A stretch of 64,000 bases of DNA from Stellaceae bacterium (GTDB lineage Bacteria > Pseudomonadota > Alphaproteobacteria > ATCC43930 > CGMCC-115725), in assembly GCA_035934995.1 (NCBI GenBank), contig DASYXI010000031.1:2357-66356 (forward strand). The letters run 5' to 3'. The notes beneath the pieces are model-generated. The model searched no databases, was not told the origin of the DNA, and worked only from the letters and a program-made list of their open reading frames with translations. The translations under genes and the position numbers were made by a program. Below, in pieces: positions 21,189 to 29,774 of the stretch (positions are counted from its first letter, which is position 1; each line of letters starts with the position of its first letter).

Positions 21189-22601
21189 TCAGGCGACGCT
21201 GCGTGACGCCACCGGCAGCGACGTCACCGCCGACTCGCGCAGCGAGTCGAGGAAGCCTTCGTACCAGCGATTGATATTGCCTCCGCGCAATGTCGTTACC
21301 ATCGCGCTCCAACGCTCAATGCGCTCCGCGCGTTCCATATAGAGGGCGCGGTAAAGCGCTTGCGCCAGTTCGCCGATGTCGTACGGATTGACGACCAAGG
21401 CCGCGTTGAGCTCTTTCGCGGCGCCGGCGAATTTCGACAGCACAAGAACCCCCGGATCCTCGGGGTCCTGCGACGCGACATATTCCTTGGCGACGAGGTT
21501 CATGCCGTCACGCAGCGGCGTCACGCAGCCGACCTTGCTGACGCGATAGAGCGCCGCAAGCTGATCGGGTGGAAAGCTTTCGTTGATGTAGCGCAAGACC
21601 ATCCAGTCGACGTCGCCGTAACGCGCACTGATTTCGCCGGCATGGCTCGCCAACTCGGCGCGGACGCGACGATAACTGTCGACCGCCGAACGGGTCGGCG
21701 GCGTGATCTGGAGGAACGAGACGCGCTTGCGTTCGTCCGGATAGATCGTGAGGAACCGTTCGTAGGCGGCGAAGCGCTGGGGCAGGCCCTTGCTGTAATC
21801 GAGCCGATCGACGCCGATCACCATCTTGCCGTGATGCAGGCCGCGCTTGATCCGGTTGATCTTGCCGCCGTTGATATTCGCGCGCGCCGCGTCGGCGAAG
21901 AAGTCGACGTTGATGCCGACCGGAAAGACGCCCAGCCGGACGCGACGCTCCTCGAATTGCAGCTCGGTCTGGCCGACCATGGTGGCCGACAGTTTCGTGG
22001 TCGCGTAGTCGCGGAACCGCAGCAGATCCTCATCGGTCTGGAAGCCGATGAGATCGTACGCCGACAGCGCCTTGAGCACCGTGCGGTGCTCCGGCAGGCA
22101 GATCAGAACCGACTTGGTCGGAAACGGCGTATGCAGGAAGAAGCCGATCGGGCCGGCGAAGCCGCGCTGGCGAAGAAACTCGCCCAGCATGAAATAGTGA
22201 TAGTCGTGGACCCAGACGACCGAATCCGGTCGTACGCGGTCGGCCACGACGTTGGCCATGATCCGGTTGATCGCGTGGTAAGACGCGACGAATTCTGGCT
22301 CATAGCGCAGCAGGTCGGCGCGATAATGCAGGATTGGCCACAGCGCGGCGTTCGCCATGCCGTTGTAGAACCGCCGGTAATCCGTAACCGGCAGATCTAC
22401 GGTCGTCAGGGTGCCGGCTCCAAGCCGTTTCGAATGAGTCGGCACGCGCACGTCTTCCGCCGGCGCGAACTTGCCGCTCGCGCCGATCCAAGTCGCGCCG
22501 GACGTCTTCACCGCCGACAACAGCACCGCCGCGAGGCCGCCCGAAACGGCGCCCGTTCGAGACGGTTCCGCGACGCGGTTAGAAACCAGAATGGTGTCCA
22601 T
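21189..22601 (-). CDS. otsA: alpha,alpha-trehalose-phosphate synthase (GT20)
   Basis: 470-aa ORF with blocks [29 protein letters not shown] and [15 protein letters not shown]. First gene of the operon. Confidence 0.9.
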   Translation of the reverse strand: MDTILVSNRVAEPSRTGAVSGGLAAVLLSAVKTSGATWIGASGKFAPAEDVRVPTHSKRLGAGTLTTVDLPVTDYRRFYNGMANAALWPILHYRADLLRYEPEFVASYHAINRIMANVVADRVRPDSVVWVHDYHYFMLGEFLRQRGFAGPIGFFLHTPFPTKSVLICLPEHRTVLKALSAYDLIGFQTDEDLLRFRDYATTKLSATMVGQTELQFEERRVRLGVFPVGINVDFFADAARANINGGKINRIKRGLHHGKMVIGVDRLDYSKGLPQRFAAYERFLTIYPDERKRVSFLQITPPTRSAVDSYRRVRAELASHAGEISARYGDVDWMVLRYINESFPPDQLAALYRVSKVGCVTPLRDGMNLVAKEYVASQDPEDPGVLVLSKFAGAAKELNAALVVNPYDIGELAQALYRALYMERAERIERWSAMVTTLRGGNINRWYEGFLDSLRESAVTSLPVASRSVA

Positions 22602-22661
22602 CGCTAAAGACCCCTTCGTTTCAGTTTGTTCTGCCGGGGCGGATGCAGGCGTATGACTAGA

Positions 22662-22686
22662 AACGTCAGAATGCGTTAATCGTTCC
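22662..22686 (-). promoter_or_regulatory. candidate EcfG/SigT/RpoE2-type (general stress) promoter of the otsA operon
   Basis: The minus strand reads GGAAC (22686..22682), then 16 nt GATTAACGCATTCTGA, then CGTT (22665..22662). This is an exact GGAAC-N16-CGTT. 60 nt separate the CGTT from the otsA ATG at 22601. Confidence 0.5.
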
Positions 22687-22711
22687 GACGCCTGTCACGG
22701 AAATAACCCAC

Positions 22712-22740
22712 CCTTTGCGCCGAGGGAATTCGCGCAAAGG
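22712..22740 (-). terminator. hairpin downstream of rlpA, possible intrinsic terminator
   Basis: CCTTTGCGC (22712..22720) pairs with GCGCAAAGG (22732..22740): 9-bp stem, 11-nt loop. On the minus strand it is followed by GTGGGTTATTTCC. Two further small hairpins lie at 22773..22811 and 22822..22836. Confidence 0.3.
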
Positions 22741-22840
22741 CCTTACGCGCAGCCGATATCAAGGTGGGAATTAAATATGGCGAAAGTGAGATTACGGCGC
22801 AGCCATATTTGGCGTTCTGTCGGCGCAAATTGCGCCCGTG

Positions 22841-23404
22841 TCAGCGTCGTCCGACGTCGATGGAAGAGGCTGCGGCGGATTGCGTCTCTTGACGAACGAT
22901 TTCGATATAAACGGGCGCCGTGCCGTGCCTTTTCATGCCGAGCGCTGCCGCGCCTTTCGGCGTCAGGTCGACAACCCGTCCGTATATGTACGGTCCGCGG
23001 TCATTGATCCGCACGACAACGGAGCGGCCGTTCCACAGATTGGTGACCCGGATGTGCGTGTTGAACGGCAGGATCCGCGACGCCGCGGTCAAATCGTCGG
23101 CGCGGAAGGCTTCGCCGCTGGCGGTGCGAACGCCTGCGTACCACGAGGCAAAGCCCATGCGGAGTCTGCCGCTGTCACGGCACAGCAACGGCCCCGCGAG
23201 GCGCTCGTACATGCGGCGCGCGACGACCTTCGGCGGTAACGGCGGTTGCGTCTGCTGTGTAACACCGGCCTCGGCCGGTGCCACGGTGGCGGCGCCGGCG
23301 GGCGGTGCCGCGAGACAGCTGACCGCAAGCGCAATGACCAAACAACCGGCTATTCGGTGTACAGTCTTGGGACCCCCCACTGTGATCCGAGAGATTGGGC
23401 TCAA
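22841..23404 (-). CDS. rlpA: RlpA-family (rare lipoprotein A, DPBB domain) septal lytic transglycosylase-like protein
   Basis: 187-aa ORF. Hydrophobic N-terminus, then the RlpA block GFASWYAG..TASGEAF...LTAASRILPFNTHIRVTNLWNGRSVVVRINDRGPY. Confidence 0.8.
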   Translation of the reverse strand: MSPISRITVGGPKTVHRIAGCLVIALAVSCLAAPPAGAATVAPAEAGVTQQTQPPLPPKVVARRMYERLAGPLLCRDSGRLRMGFASWYAGVRTASGEAFRADDLTAASRILPFNTHIRVTNLWNGRSVVVRINDRGPYIYGRVVDLTPKGAAALGMKRHGTAPVYIEIVRQETQSAAASSIDVGRR

Positions 23405-23425
23405 ACAGGCGACGTCGCACCGGGT

Positions 23426-24814
23426 TTATAGCATGGACTGCCAAAGCCGGGCGAGCAGTTCGCGGATACGTTCTGAAAACGGTCGATCCGACCAAGTCGT
23501 TGCATCGATTGCGCGCGACTTGGTTTCGTCGGCCTGAAACTCGGCCTCGAGTTGGCCGGCCGTCGCGCGGCCGAGGACGATGACATCGACCTCGTCGTTG
23601 AAGAGCACGCTGCGGTGATCGAAATTCGACGAGCCGATCACCGACCATACGCCGTCGATCACCGCCGTCTTCGAATGCAGGACTTCGTTCTGTATTTCAT
23701 AGATTTTAACGCCGGCTTCCATCAGATCGTCGTAATGCGAGCGCCCGACATCGAAGGCGGACGGCGAATCGCTTTGGCTCGGCAACATCAGTCGCACATC
23801 GACGCCGCGCCGGGCCGCATCTTCGAGGTCGTCGACCTCGTCGTCGGTCGGAACGAAATAGGCGGTGGTCAGCCAGATTCGCTGTTCGGCATTGGTGATC
23901 GCCGAAAGAATTGTCGCGTAATACGCGGGCACCGGTTGGCTGGGGGTGCTGCCGAGCACGTGTAGAACTTCGTCGCCTTCGCGCCGGAGCGGCGGGAAGA
24001 AACTCGATTGGTCAAGCGGCGGGCCGCCCTGATCTGTCCAGTGCTGGACGAAAAGTTTCTGCAATGCGGCGACAGCCGGGCCCTGAATCTCAAGGTCGGT
24101 ATCGTGCCAGAAAAGGGTGGTATTGCCGCCAGAACCGACGAATTCGGTGTGGGGATGCGCCTGATATCCTGTGTACAGGTTCACGCCGCCGATAAAGGCC
24201 GTTGTGCCATCGACGACCAAGAGCTTGCGATGGTCGCGGTCGTTCGGAAGATAGGCGCCACGGGCCTTGAGCGGATCGATCGGATTGTATTCGAGGACCA
24301 GGCAGCCGGCGCCGCGCAGCGCATTGAGGAATGCCGGCGGCGTGTCCATCGAACCGAAGCTGTCATAGAGGACGTTGACGGCAACGCCTTGCGCCCGTTT
24401 CGCGACGAGGAGGGCGCCGAGATGCTCGCCGCCGCTTTCGACATCCTCGAACGTATAGAATTCCAGATTGATGCTGGCCTGCGCGCCGCGGATGGCATCG
24501 AACATCGCCGCAAAGGTCTGCCCACCGTCATGCAGGATCGTGGTGCGATTGCCGGCGATCAGCGGCACGCCGGTTACTGCCTGCTCGATCGCGAGATGAC
24601 GGTCGAGAATGTCGCTGTTGGGCGACTGGCGTTTCAGCGCATCGAGGATTTCGCGGCTGCGCGTCGCACTAAGCGGTCCGTGCGCGCCAATGAGGGGCTG
24701 CGATCCCGGTGATGTGGCCGCAACGTCGTTGACGTTGGGCACCGCGCAGGCATCGAGCACGAACGTGAGCGCGGCGAGCAGCACGACCAAGCATGGAAGC
24801 CGTCGTGCGCGCAC
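23426..24814 (-). CDS. phospholipase D / cardiolipin synthase family protein with signal-like N-terminus
   Basis: 462-aa ORF with two HKD motifs (HRKLLVVDG...GGVN and HSKTAVIDG...IGSSNFD). N-terminus MRARRLPCLVVLLAALTFVLDAC. Confidence 0.8.
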   Translation of the reverse strand: MRARRLPCLVVLLAALTFVLDACAVPNVNDVAATSPGSQPLIGAHGPLSATRSREILDALKRQSPNSDILDRHLAIEQAVTGVPLIAGNRTTILHDGGQTFAAMFDAIRGAQASINLEFYTFEDVESGGEHLGALLVAKRAQGVAVNVLYDSFGSMDTPPAFLNALRGAGCLVLEYNPIDPLKARGAYLPNDRDHRKLLVVDGTTAFIGGVNLYTGYQAHPHTEFVGSGGNTTLFWHDTDLEIQGPAVAALQKLFVQHWTDQGGPPLDQSSFFPPLRREGDEVLHVLGSTPSQPVPAYYATILSAITNAEQRIWLTTAYFVPTDDEVDDLEDAARRGVDVRLMLPSQSDSPSAFDVGRSHYDDLMEAGVKIYEIQNEVLHSKTAVIDGVWSVIGSSNFDHRSVLFNDEVDVIVLGRATAGQLEAEFQADETKSRAIDATTWSDRPFSERIRELLARLWQSML

Positions 24815-24832
24815 GCCGCGCCACGCTGTCGG

Positions 24833-25456
24833 TTACTCGGCGGCCGTGCGCTGAGCGCGCGCCCGCGCCAAGTTCTCCGCGGCGAAGTCCCAATTCACCA
24901 GATGGTCGATGAAGGCATCGATGAAATCCGGCCGCCGGTTCTGGTAGTCGAGATAATAGGCATGCTCCCAGACGTCGTAAGTCAAAAGCGGTTTGCTGTC
25001 TTGCGCCAGCGGGTTGACCGCGTTCGCGGTCTTCGTGACCTTGACCTTTCCGCCCTCGAAAACCAGCCAGGCCCAGCCGCTGCCGAATTGCGTCGCGCCT
25101 GCGGTCTTAAAGGCCTCGCGGAACTTGTCATAGGCGCCGAACGATTCATCGATCGCGCGCGCAAGGTCGCCGGTCGGACGGCCGCCGCCCTTGGGACGCA
25201 TCGACTTCCAGAAGAAGTTGTGATTCCAGATCTGGGCGACGTTGTTGAACACGCCCGCCTTGGAATCATCCTTCGCCGTGGCCTGGATCACCTCTTCGAG
25301 AGATTTACCCGCCAGCGGCGTGTCCTGAACCATCTTGTTGGCGTTGTCGACATAGGCCTTGTGATGCTTGCCGTGATGAAACTCGAGCGTGCGCGCCGAC
25401 ATATGCGGCTCGAGCGCGTTCATCGGATAGGGCAAAGGAGGAAGTTCAAATGCCAT
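24833..25456 (-). CDS. sodB: superoxide dismutase, Fe type
   Basis: 207-aa ORF with MAFELPPLPY, LEFHHGKHH, AQIWNHNFFW and DVWEHAYYLDYQNRR. GAGG 5-6 nt upstream of the ATG. Confidence 0.95.
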   Translation of the reverse strand: MAFELPPLPYPMNALEPHMSARTLEFHHGKHHKAYVDNANKMVQDTPLAGKSLEEVIQATAKDDSKAGVFNNVAQIWNHNFFWKSMRPKGGGRPTGDLARAIDESFGAYDKFREAFKTAGATQFGSGWAWLVFEGGKVKVTKTANAVNPLAQDSKPLLTYDVWEHAYYLDYQNRRPDFIDAFIDHLVNWDFAAENLARARAQRTAAE

Positions 25457-25652
25457 TTCAGCCTCGCACTTGTCAGAGTTTGGTCATACCGCGGTGCATA
25501 CGGTTGTGCACACGGCGGGGCGGGGGCACGCATAGCTGCGGTGCAGGGCCCGCCACTTTTCATTTTCACCATAACACGCATATAGTCGGGTGACACCTGG
25601 GGAGTATGGAGTATCGGGGAGGGAACCCTTCAGACAGAGGGAGAGCTCACTG

Positions 25653-26489
25653 ATGGTTAGCCGTGCCGCCGGTGGCAAAATTGAGCTGCCGTGGTCTATG
25701 GACGCGATCCGCTACGGCGATGTCGTACGCGACGCCGTTGAAGACGATACGTTGTTGTTTCAGATCGTCGCATCGGCCTCCTTCATCGAGATCACTTCGG
25801 ACCTCTATACCGAGAATTTGGTCGAGTATTTCCGCGACGATCCGGAGCTGGTCGATTGGCTCGCCCATCATTGGGAGCCCGAAGAGCTGCAACACGGCGC
25901 GGCGCTCAAGCATTATGTCGAGGTCGCCTGGCCTGACTTCGATTGGCGCCGCGCTTACACGGGGTTTTTCGCCGAATACTCGCGTTGCTGCTTGCTTGAA
26001 AACCTGGCGCCGACGCGCGCGCTCGAAATGGTGGCGCGCTGCGTCGTCGAAACCGGTACCGCCAGCTTCTACCGCATGCTGGCGGAAGTTGCGCCCGAGC
26101 CGGTCTTGCGGCAGATCGTCGGCAACATCGCCGCCGACGAGGTACGCCACTACAAGAATTTCTTCTATTTTTTCCGCCGCTATCGCGCAACCGAGCATCC
26201 CGGCCGCGCCGCCGTGCTGAAGACGCTGTGGGATCGCGCGCAGGAAGTCGATGCCGAGGACGCTTATATCGCCTTCAAGCACGTCTTTTGCGTCAGCAAT
26301 CCCGGTGCCGAATTCGAGTCGGCCGAATACGAGGTCTTCCGCAACGGAATCCGCCGGCTTGGCCGCGAACATTTTCCCTATGGCATGGCGATGAAGATGT
26401 TCCTGAAGCCGCTTGATTTGGCGCCCGTGATCGGACGGGTCGTGCTGCCGTCGGCGACGGCCGCGTCGCGGTTTCTGATGCTCCGCTGA
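25653..26489 (+). CDS. ferritin-like diiron-carboxylate protein of unknown function
   Basis: ORF track 25590..26489. I prefer ATG 25653 (AGAGGGAGAG about 8-9 nt upstream). Two EXXH motifs (EPEELQHG and AADEVRHY) plus upstream acidic residues (FIEITSDLY) fit a diiron four-helix-bundle oxidase/oxygenase. Confidence 0.6.
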   Translation: MVSRAAGGKIELPWSMDAIRYGDVVRDAVEDDTLLFQIVASASFIEITSDLYTENLVEYFRDDPELVDWLAHHWEPEELQHGAALKHYVEVAWPDFDWRRAYTGFFAEYSRCCLLENLAPTRALEMVARCVVETGTASFYRMLAEVAPEPVLRQIVGNIAADEVRHYKNFFYFFRRYRATEHPGRAAVLKTLWDRAQEVDAEDAYIAFKHVFCVSNPGAEFESAEYEVFRNGIRRLGREHFPYGMAMKMFLKPLDLAPVIGRVVLPSATAASRFLMLR

Positions 26490-26573
26490 GGGTTGTCCGG
26501 ACGGCCCCGCCGACTGTAGAATCCGCCGAAACGGGCCGAAAAAAGGCCGGAACTGCCGGGACGGAGGAACGCG

Positions 26574-27086
26574 ATGCCTACCGAGGTTGCTGCGCCCATT
26601 AAGACCGAGCCAGCGCTCAAACTCAAATTCCTGTCGCACGGCACGCTCGAGTCGACCGATCTCGATTTCTCGCGTCGCTTCTACGAAGAATTCCTCGGCC
26701 TCGACGTCGTCCGCACCAGCCCGATCTCGCTCATGATCCGTCTCGGTGGGGAGAACACCATCGCCGTCGTCAAATGCAAGACCAAGCAACCGATGAATCT
26801 GCTGGCGCACAACGGCCTCGATGTCGAGACCCAGGAAGAGGTCGACGCCGCCTATAAGACCGTGGTCGAGCAGGCCGACCGATGGAAGCTCAAAAAAATC
26901 TCTAAGCCGCTGCTTCAGCACGGCACCTACAGTTTCTATTTCTGGGACTGCGATGACAATTGCTGGGAGATTTTGACCAATCCGAAGGGCGGCTATTCGT
27001 GGCTCTTCGGTCTCGGCGATCTCGAAGGCAAGGGTCACCAGGACAAAAGCTTCGCACGGCCGGGCGTCAAGACGCCGTCGACGTAA
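26574..27086 (+). CDS. VOC (glyoxalase/bleomycin resistance/dioxygenase) family protein
   Basis: 170-aa ORF. LSHGTLESTDLDFSRRFYEEFLGLDVV is a typical VOC beta-alpha-beta start. Weak, motif-level call. Confidence 0.6.
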   Translation: MPTEVAAPIKTEPALKLKFLSHGTLESTDLDFSRRFYEEFLGLDVVRTSPISLMIRLGGENTIAVVKCKTKQPMNLLAHNGLDVETQEEVDAAYKTVVEQADRWKLKKISKPLLQHGTYSFYFWDCDDNCWEILTNPKGGYSWLFGLGDLEGKGHQDKSFARPGVKTPST

Positions 27087-27092
27087 CCTGGC

Positions 27093-27866
27093 CTATCCGC
27101 GGCGCTTGAACGCGACGCCGGCGCGGTTGCACCAGCCTTCCCACGCGCGATCGAATCCTTCCGACGGTTTGCCCTTCGCTTGACGCACCGTGATCTTGTC
27201 GATTTCGCCCGGCGACAGGAAGTTGATGGGCTTACCGAAGCGCAGCGCATCGCGTTGCAGGTGCGCGTTGACTTCGAGATAGATCGCGATATAGACGGCT
27301 TCGCGCAACGAGCGGCCAGCGACGACCGAGCCATGACCACGCATCAACCCGCAGGTGCCGGCGCCGACAACGCGCGCCAGATCGCGACCCTGCGCCATGT
27401 CGGAAACCAGCATGTCCGTGTCGCCGAAGCGCTCGCGCGGCTCCCAGATCGGTACCCGTGCGCCGATGGTCGCTGCCATATGCAGCACCGGCCGCAAGGC
27501 CTCGCCGACGATGCCAAAAGGGATCACCGACGGGCTGTGACTGTGCACGACGGCGTTGATCTCCGGCCGCGCCTCGTAAAGCGCGCCGTGGATGAAGCGT
27601 TCGTTGTAGGGCCGCCGGCCACGCGCGTCGGTCGCTTCGCCATCGAGCGTGAATTCCATGATGTCGGCGACTTCGATGCATTCGGGCGGTCGCGCGCGCG
27701 ACAGCAGATAGCGTTGCGGATCGGCGGGATGTCGCGCGCTGACGTGGCCAAAGCCGTCGACCACGCCCTGCGCCGCAAGGATGCGGTTGGCGGCGACCAG
27801 ATCCTCGATCACGTCGTCCAAGGCGGTCACGATCGCTCCCGTCGATGGGCGACCCATCATGGGCAA
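27093..27866 (-). CDS. class II aldolase/adducin-family protein
   Basis: 257-aa ORF with blocks DGFGHVSARH, ERFIHGALYEARPEINAVVHSHSP and LMRGHGSVVAG (metal-binding His pattern of the class II aldolase fold). Confidence 0.8.
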   Translation of the reverse strand: MPMMGRPSTGAIVTALDDVIEDLVAANRILAAQGVVDGFGHVSARHPADPQRYLLSRARPPECIEVADIMEFTLDGEATDARGRRPYNERFIHGALYEARPEINAVVHSHSPSVIPFGIVGEALRPVLHMAATIGARVPIWEPRERFGDTDMLVSDMAQGRDLARVVGAGTCGLMRGHGSVVAGRSLREAVYIAIYLEVNAHLQRDALRFGKPINFLSPGEIDKITVRQAKGKPSEGFDRAWEGWCNRAGVAFKRRG

Positions 27867-27969
27867 AGTGGGCGCGAAGTCAATTTGCGCCGGGCCGGCG
27901 GCGAATGACTATGGACAAGCTTGCGCCGCCGCCGGAATAGTAGCGCGCAAGGGGAGGCGCCTGCTCGCG

Positions 27970-28989
27970 ATGACGAAGCTCGACATATTCCCGCACATTT
28001 TTCCCAAGCGCTATTTCGACAAGATGGTCGAGATCGTTCCCAACAAGGACGCGATCCGACGCTGGACGAACATCCCGGTGCTGTACGACCTGGAAAAGCG
28101 CCTCGCGATGATGGATGAGTTCGAGCAGTATCAGCAGGTTCTGACGCTGTCGATGCCGGCGATCGAATACGTCGCGCCGCCCGACCAATCGCCGGCGCTG
28201 GCGCGGCTTGCGAACGACGGCATGCACGAAATTTGCGCTCGGCATCCCGACCGGTTTCCCGCCTGGGTGGCCTCGGTGCCGATGAACAACGTCAAGGCGA
28301 CGCTCGACGAGATCGGCCGCGCGGTCGAGAAGCTGGGCGCCAAGGGCATCCAGCTTTTCACCAACGTCAACGGCCGGCCGCTGGACGATCCGGAGTTCGC
28401 GCCGGTCTTCGAAAAGATGCATTCCTACGATCTGCCGATCTGGATGCATCCGACACGCGGCCAGAAGTTCGCCGATTACCCGGCGGAAAAAAGCTCACGT
28501 TTCGACATCTGGTGGGTTTTCGGCTGGCCGTACGAGACATCGGCCGCGATGGCGCGCATGGTGTTCTCGGGCTTCTTCGAGCGCTGGCCGAAATTGAAGA
28601 TCATCACCCATCACATGGGGGCGATGGTGCCGTTTCTCGAGGCACGCGTCGGCCTTGGCCTTGATCAACTGGGCTCGCGCGAGGGCGCAGAAGAGGGCTA
28701 TCGCAAGATCGTCGCTGACATGAAGGCCAAGGGTAAACGGCCGGTCGATTATTTCCGGCAGTTCTACGCCGACACGTCGATCAACGGTTCGCGCGCCGGC
28801 ATGGAATGCGGCTTGAGCTTCTTCGGCATCGACCATTGCCTGTTCGGCACCGACTGTCCGTTCGATCTCGAAGGCGGTCCGCTCTTTATTCGCGAGATCA
28901 TCAAAGCGGTCGATACGATGAAACTCTCGGCCATCGATCGCGAGAAGATGTATTCGGGCAACGCACGGCGCCTGTTGCGGCTCGCTTGA
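27970..28989 (+). CDS. amidohydrolase-2 (ACMSD / non-oxidative decarboxylase) family protein
   Basis: The ORF track starts at 27781, but that N-terminus overlaps the divergent gene. ATG 27970 gives MTKLDIFPHIFPKRYFDKM. Later blocks THHMGAMVPF and CLFGTDCPFD are typical of Amidohydro_2. Confidence 0.75.
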   Translation: MTKLDIFPHIFPKRYFDKMVEIVPNKDAIRRWTNIPVLYDLEKRLAMMDEFEQYQQVLTLSMPAIEYVAPPDQSPALARLANDGMHEICARHPDRFPAWVASVPMNNVKATLDEIGRAVEKLGAKGIQLFTNVNGRPLDDPEFAPVFEKMHSYDLPIWMHPTRGQKFADYPAEKSSRFDIWWVFGWPYETSAAMARMVFSGFFERWPKLKIITHHMGAMVPFLEARVGLGLDQLGSREGAEEGYRKIVADMKAKGKRPVDYFRQFYADTSINGSRAGMECGLSFFGIDHCLFGTDCPFDLEGGPLFIREIIKAVDTMKLSAIDREKMYSGNARRLLRLA

Positions 28990-29753
28990 CCGTGTCGCCC
29001 GCCAGCCAAAAGACGAAATCCACGCGGCCGCCGCCGGCCGGCCGCGATCTCATCGACACGCTGGTGGTCGCCAACCGCGTGCTGTTCGATCACGACGTGG
29101 TCGACGCTTTCGGCCATGTCAGCGTGCGGCACGATCGCGATCCGACGAAGTTTTTGATGGCGCGGCATCTGGCGCCCGGTTTGGTGACGGCCCGGGACAT
29201 CGTCACGTTCGATCTCGACGCCAATGCAGTCGCCAATCCGGCCAAGCGCTATTACAGCGAGCGCTTCATCCACAGCGAGATATACAAGCACCGGCCCGAC
29301 GTCGTCGCGGTGGTGCACTGCCATGCGCCGCCGTTGATTCCGTTCGGCGCCACGCGCACGCCGTTGCAGCCGGTCTATCACATGAGCGGCTTTCTCGGCG
29401 CCGGCACGCCGGTCTTCGACGTCCGTGAGGCCGCCGGCATGACCGACATGCTCATCCGCACGCCGGCGCTCGGCGCCGCGCTGGCAGAAACGCTGGCCGA
29501 CAAGCCGCTGGTGTTGATGCGCGGCCATGGCGCGACCATCGTCGGCGGCGGGATTCCGCAAGCCGTCTATCGTGCGATCTATGCCCGGCTCAACGCGACG
29601 CTGCAGATGGACGCGCTCCGGCTCGGCACGCCGATCTATCTCGCGCGCGAAGAGGCCGCGAAGGCAGCCGCGTCGATCGATGGCTCGCTCGAGCGTGCTT
29701 GGAGCCTATGGGCGGACGTGGCGCGAGCCAAAATGAAAGGCCGCCGGGCGTAA
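28986..29753 (+). CDS. class II aldolase/adducin-family protein (paralogue of 27093..27866)
   Basis: The ORF track starts at 28806, but the first 60 codons are Arg-rich and overlap the previous gene. TTG 28986 overlaps the preceding stop as TTGA; GTG 28992 is an alternative start. Blocks DAFGHVSVRH, ERFIHSEIYKHRPDVVAVVHCHAP and LMRGHGATIVG. Confidence 0.75.
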   Translation: MTVSPASQKTKSTRPPPAGRDLIDTLVVANRVLFDHDVVDAFGHVSVRHDRDPTKFLMARHLAPGLVTARDIVTFDLDANAVANPAKRYYSERFIHSEIYKHRPDVVAVVHCHAPPLIPFGATRTPLQPVYHMSGFLGAGTPVFDVREAAGMTDMLIRTPALGAALAETLADKPLVLMRGHGATIVGGGIPQAVYRAIYARLNATLQMDALRLGTPIYLAREEAAKAAASIDGSLERAWSLWADVARAKMKGRRA

Positions 29754-29774
29754 AGCGCACCCCGCAGCGGCGCG

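Noticed and set aside
9678-22607. Long plus-strand ORFs inside the glucan operon (9678..11030, 13749..14777, 17936..19147, 19092..20960, 21360..22607)
   Set aside because: All are antisense to minus-strand genes with unmistakable GH13, GH77 or GT20 motifs. They are shadow ORFs caused by stop-codon paucity in GC-rich DNA.
25647-27038. 463-aa minus-strand ORF spanning the ferritin-like gene, the intergenic gap and the VOC gene
   Set aside because: It is antisense to two ORFs that have recognisable motifs and good Shine-Dalgarno sequences. The product is Arg/Gly/Asp-rich low complexity and runs straight through an intergenic region. This is a typical high-GC shadow ORF.
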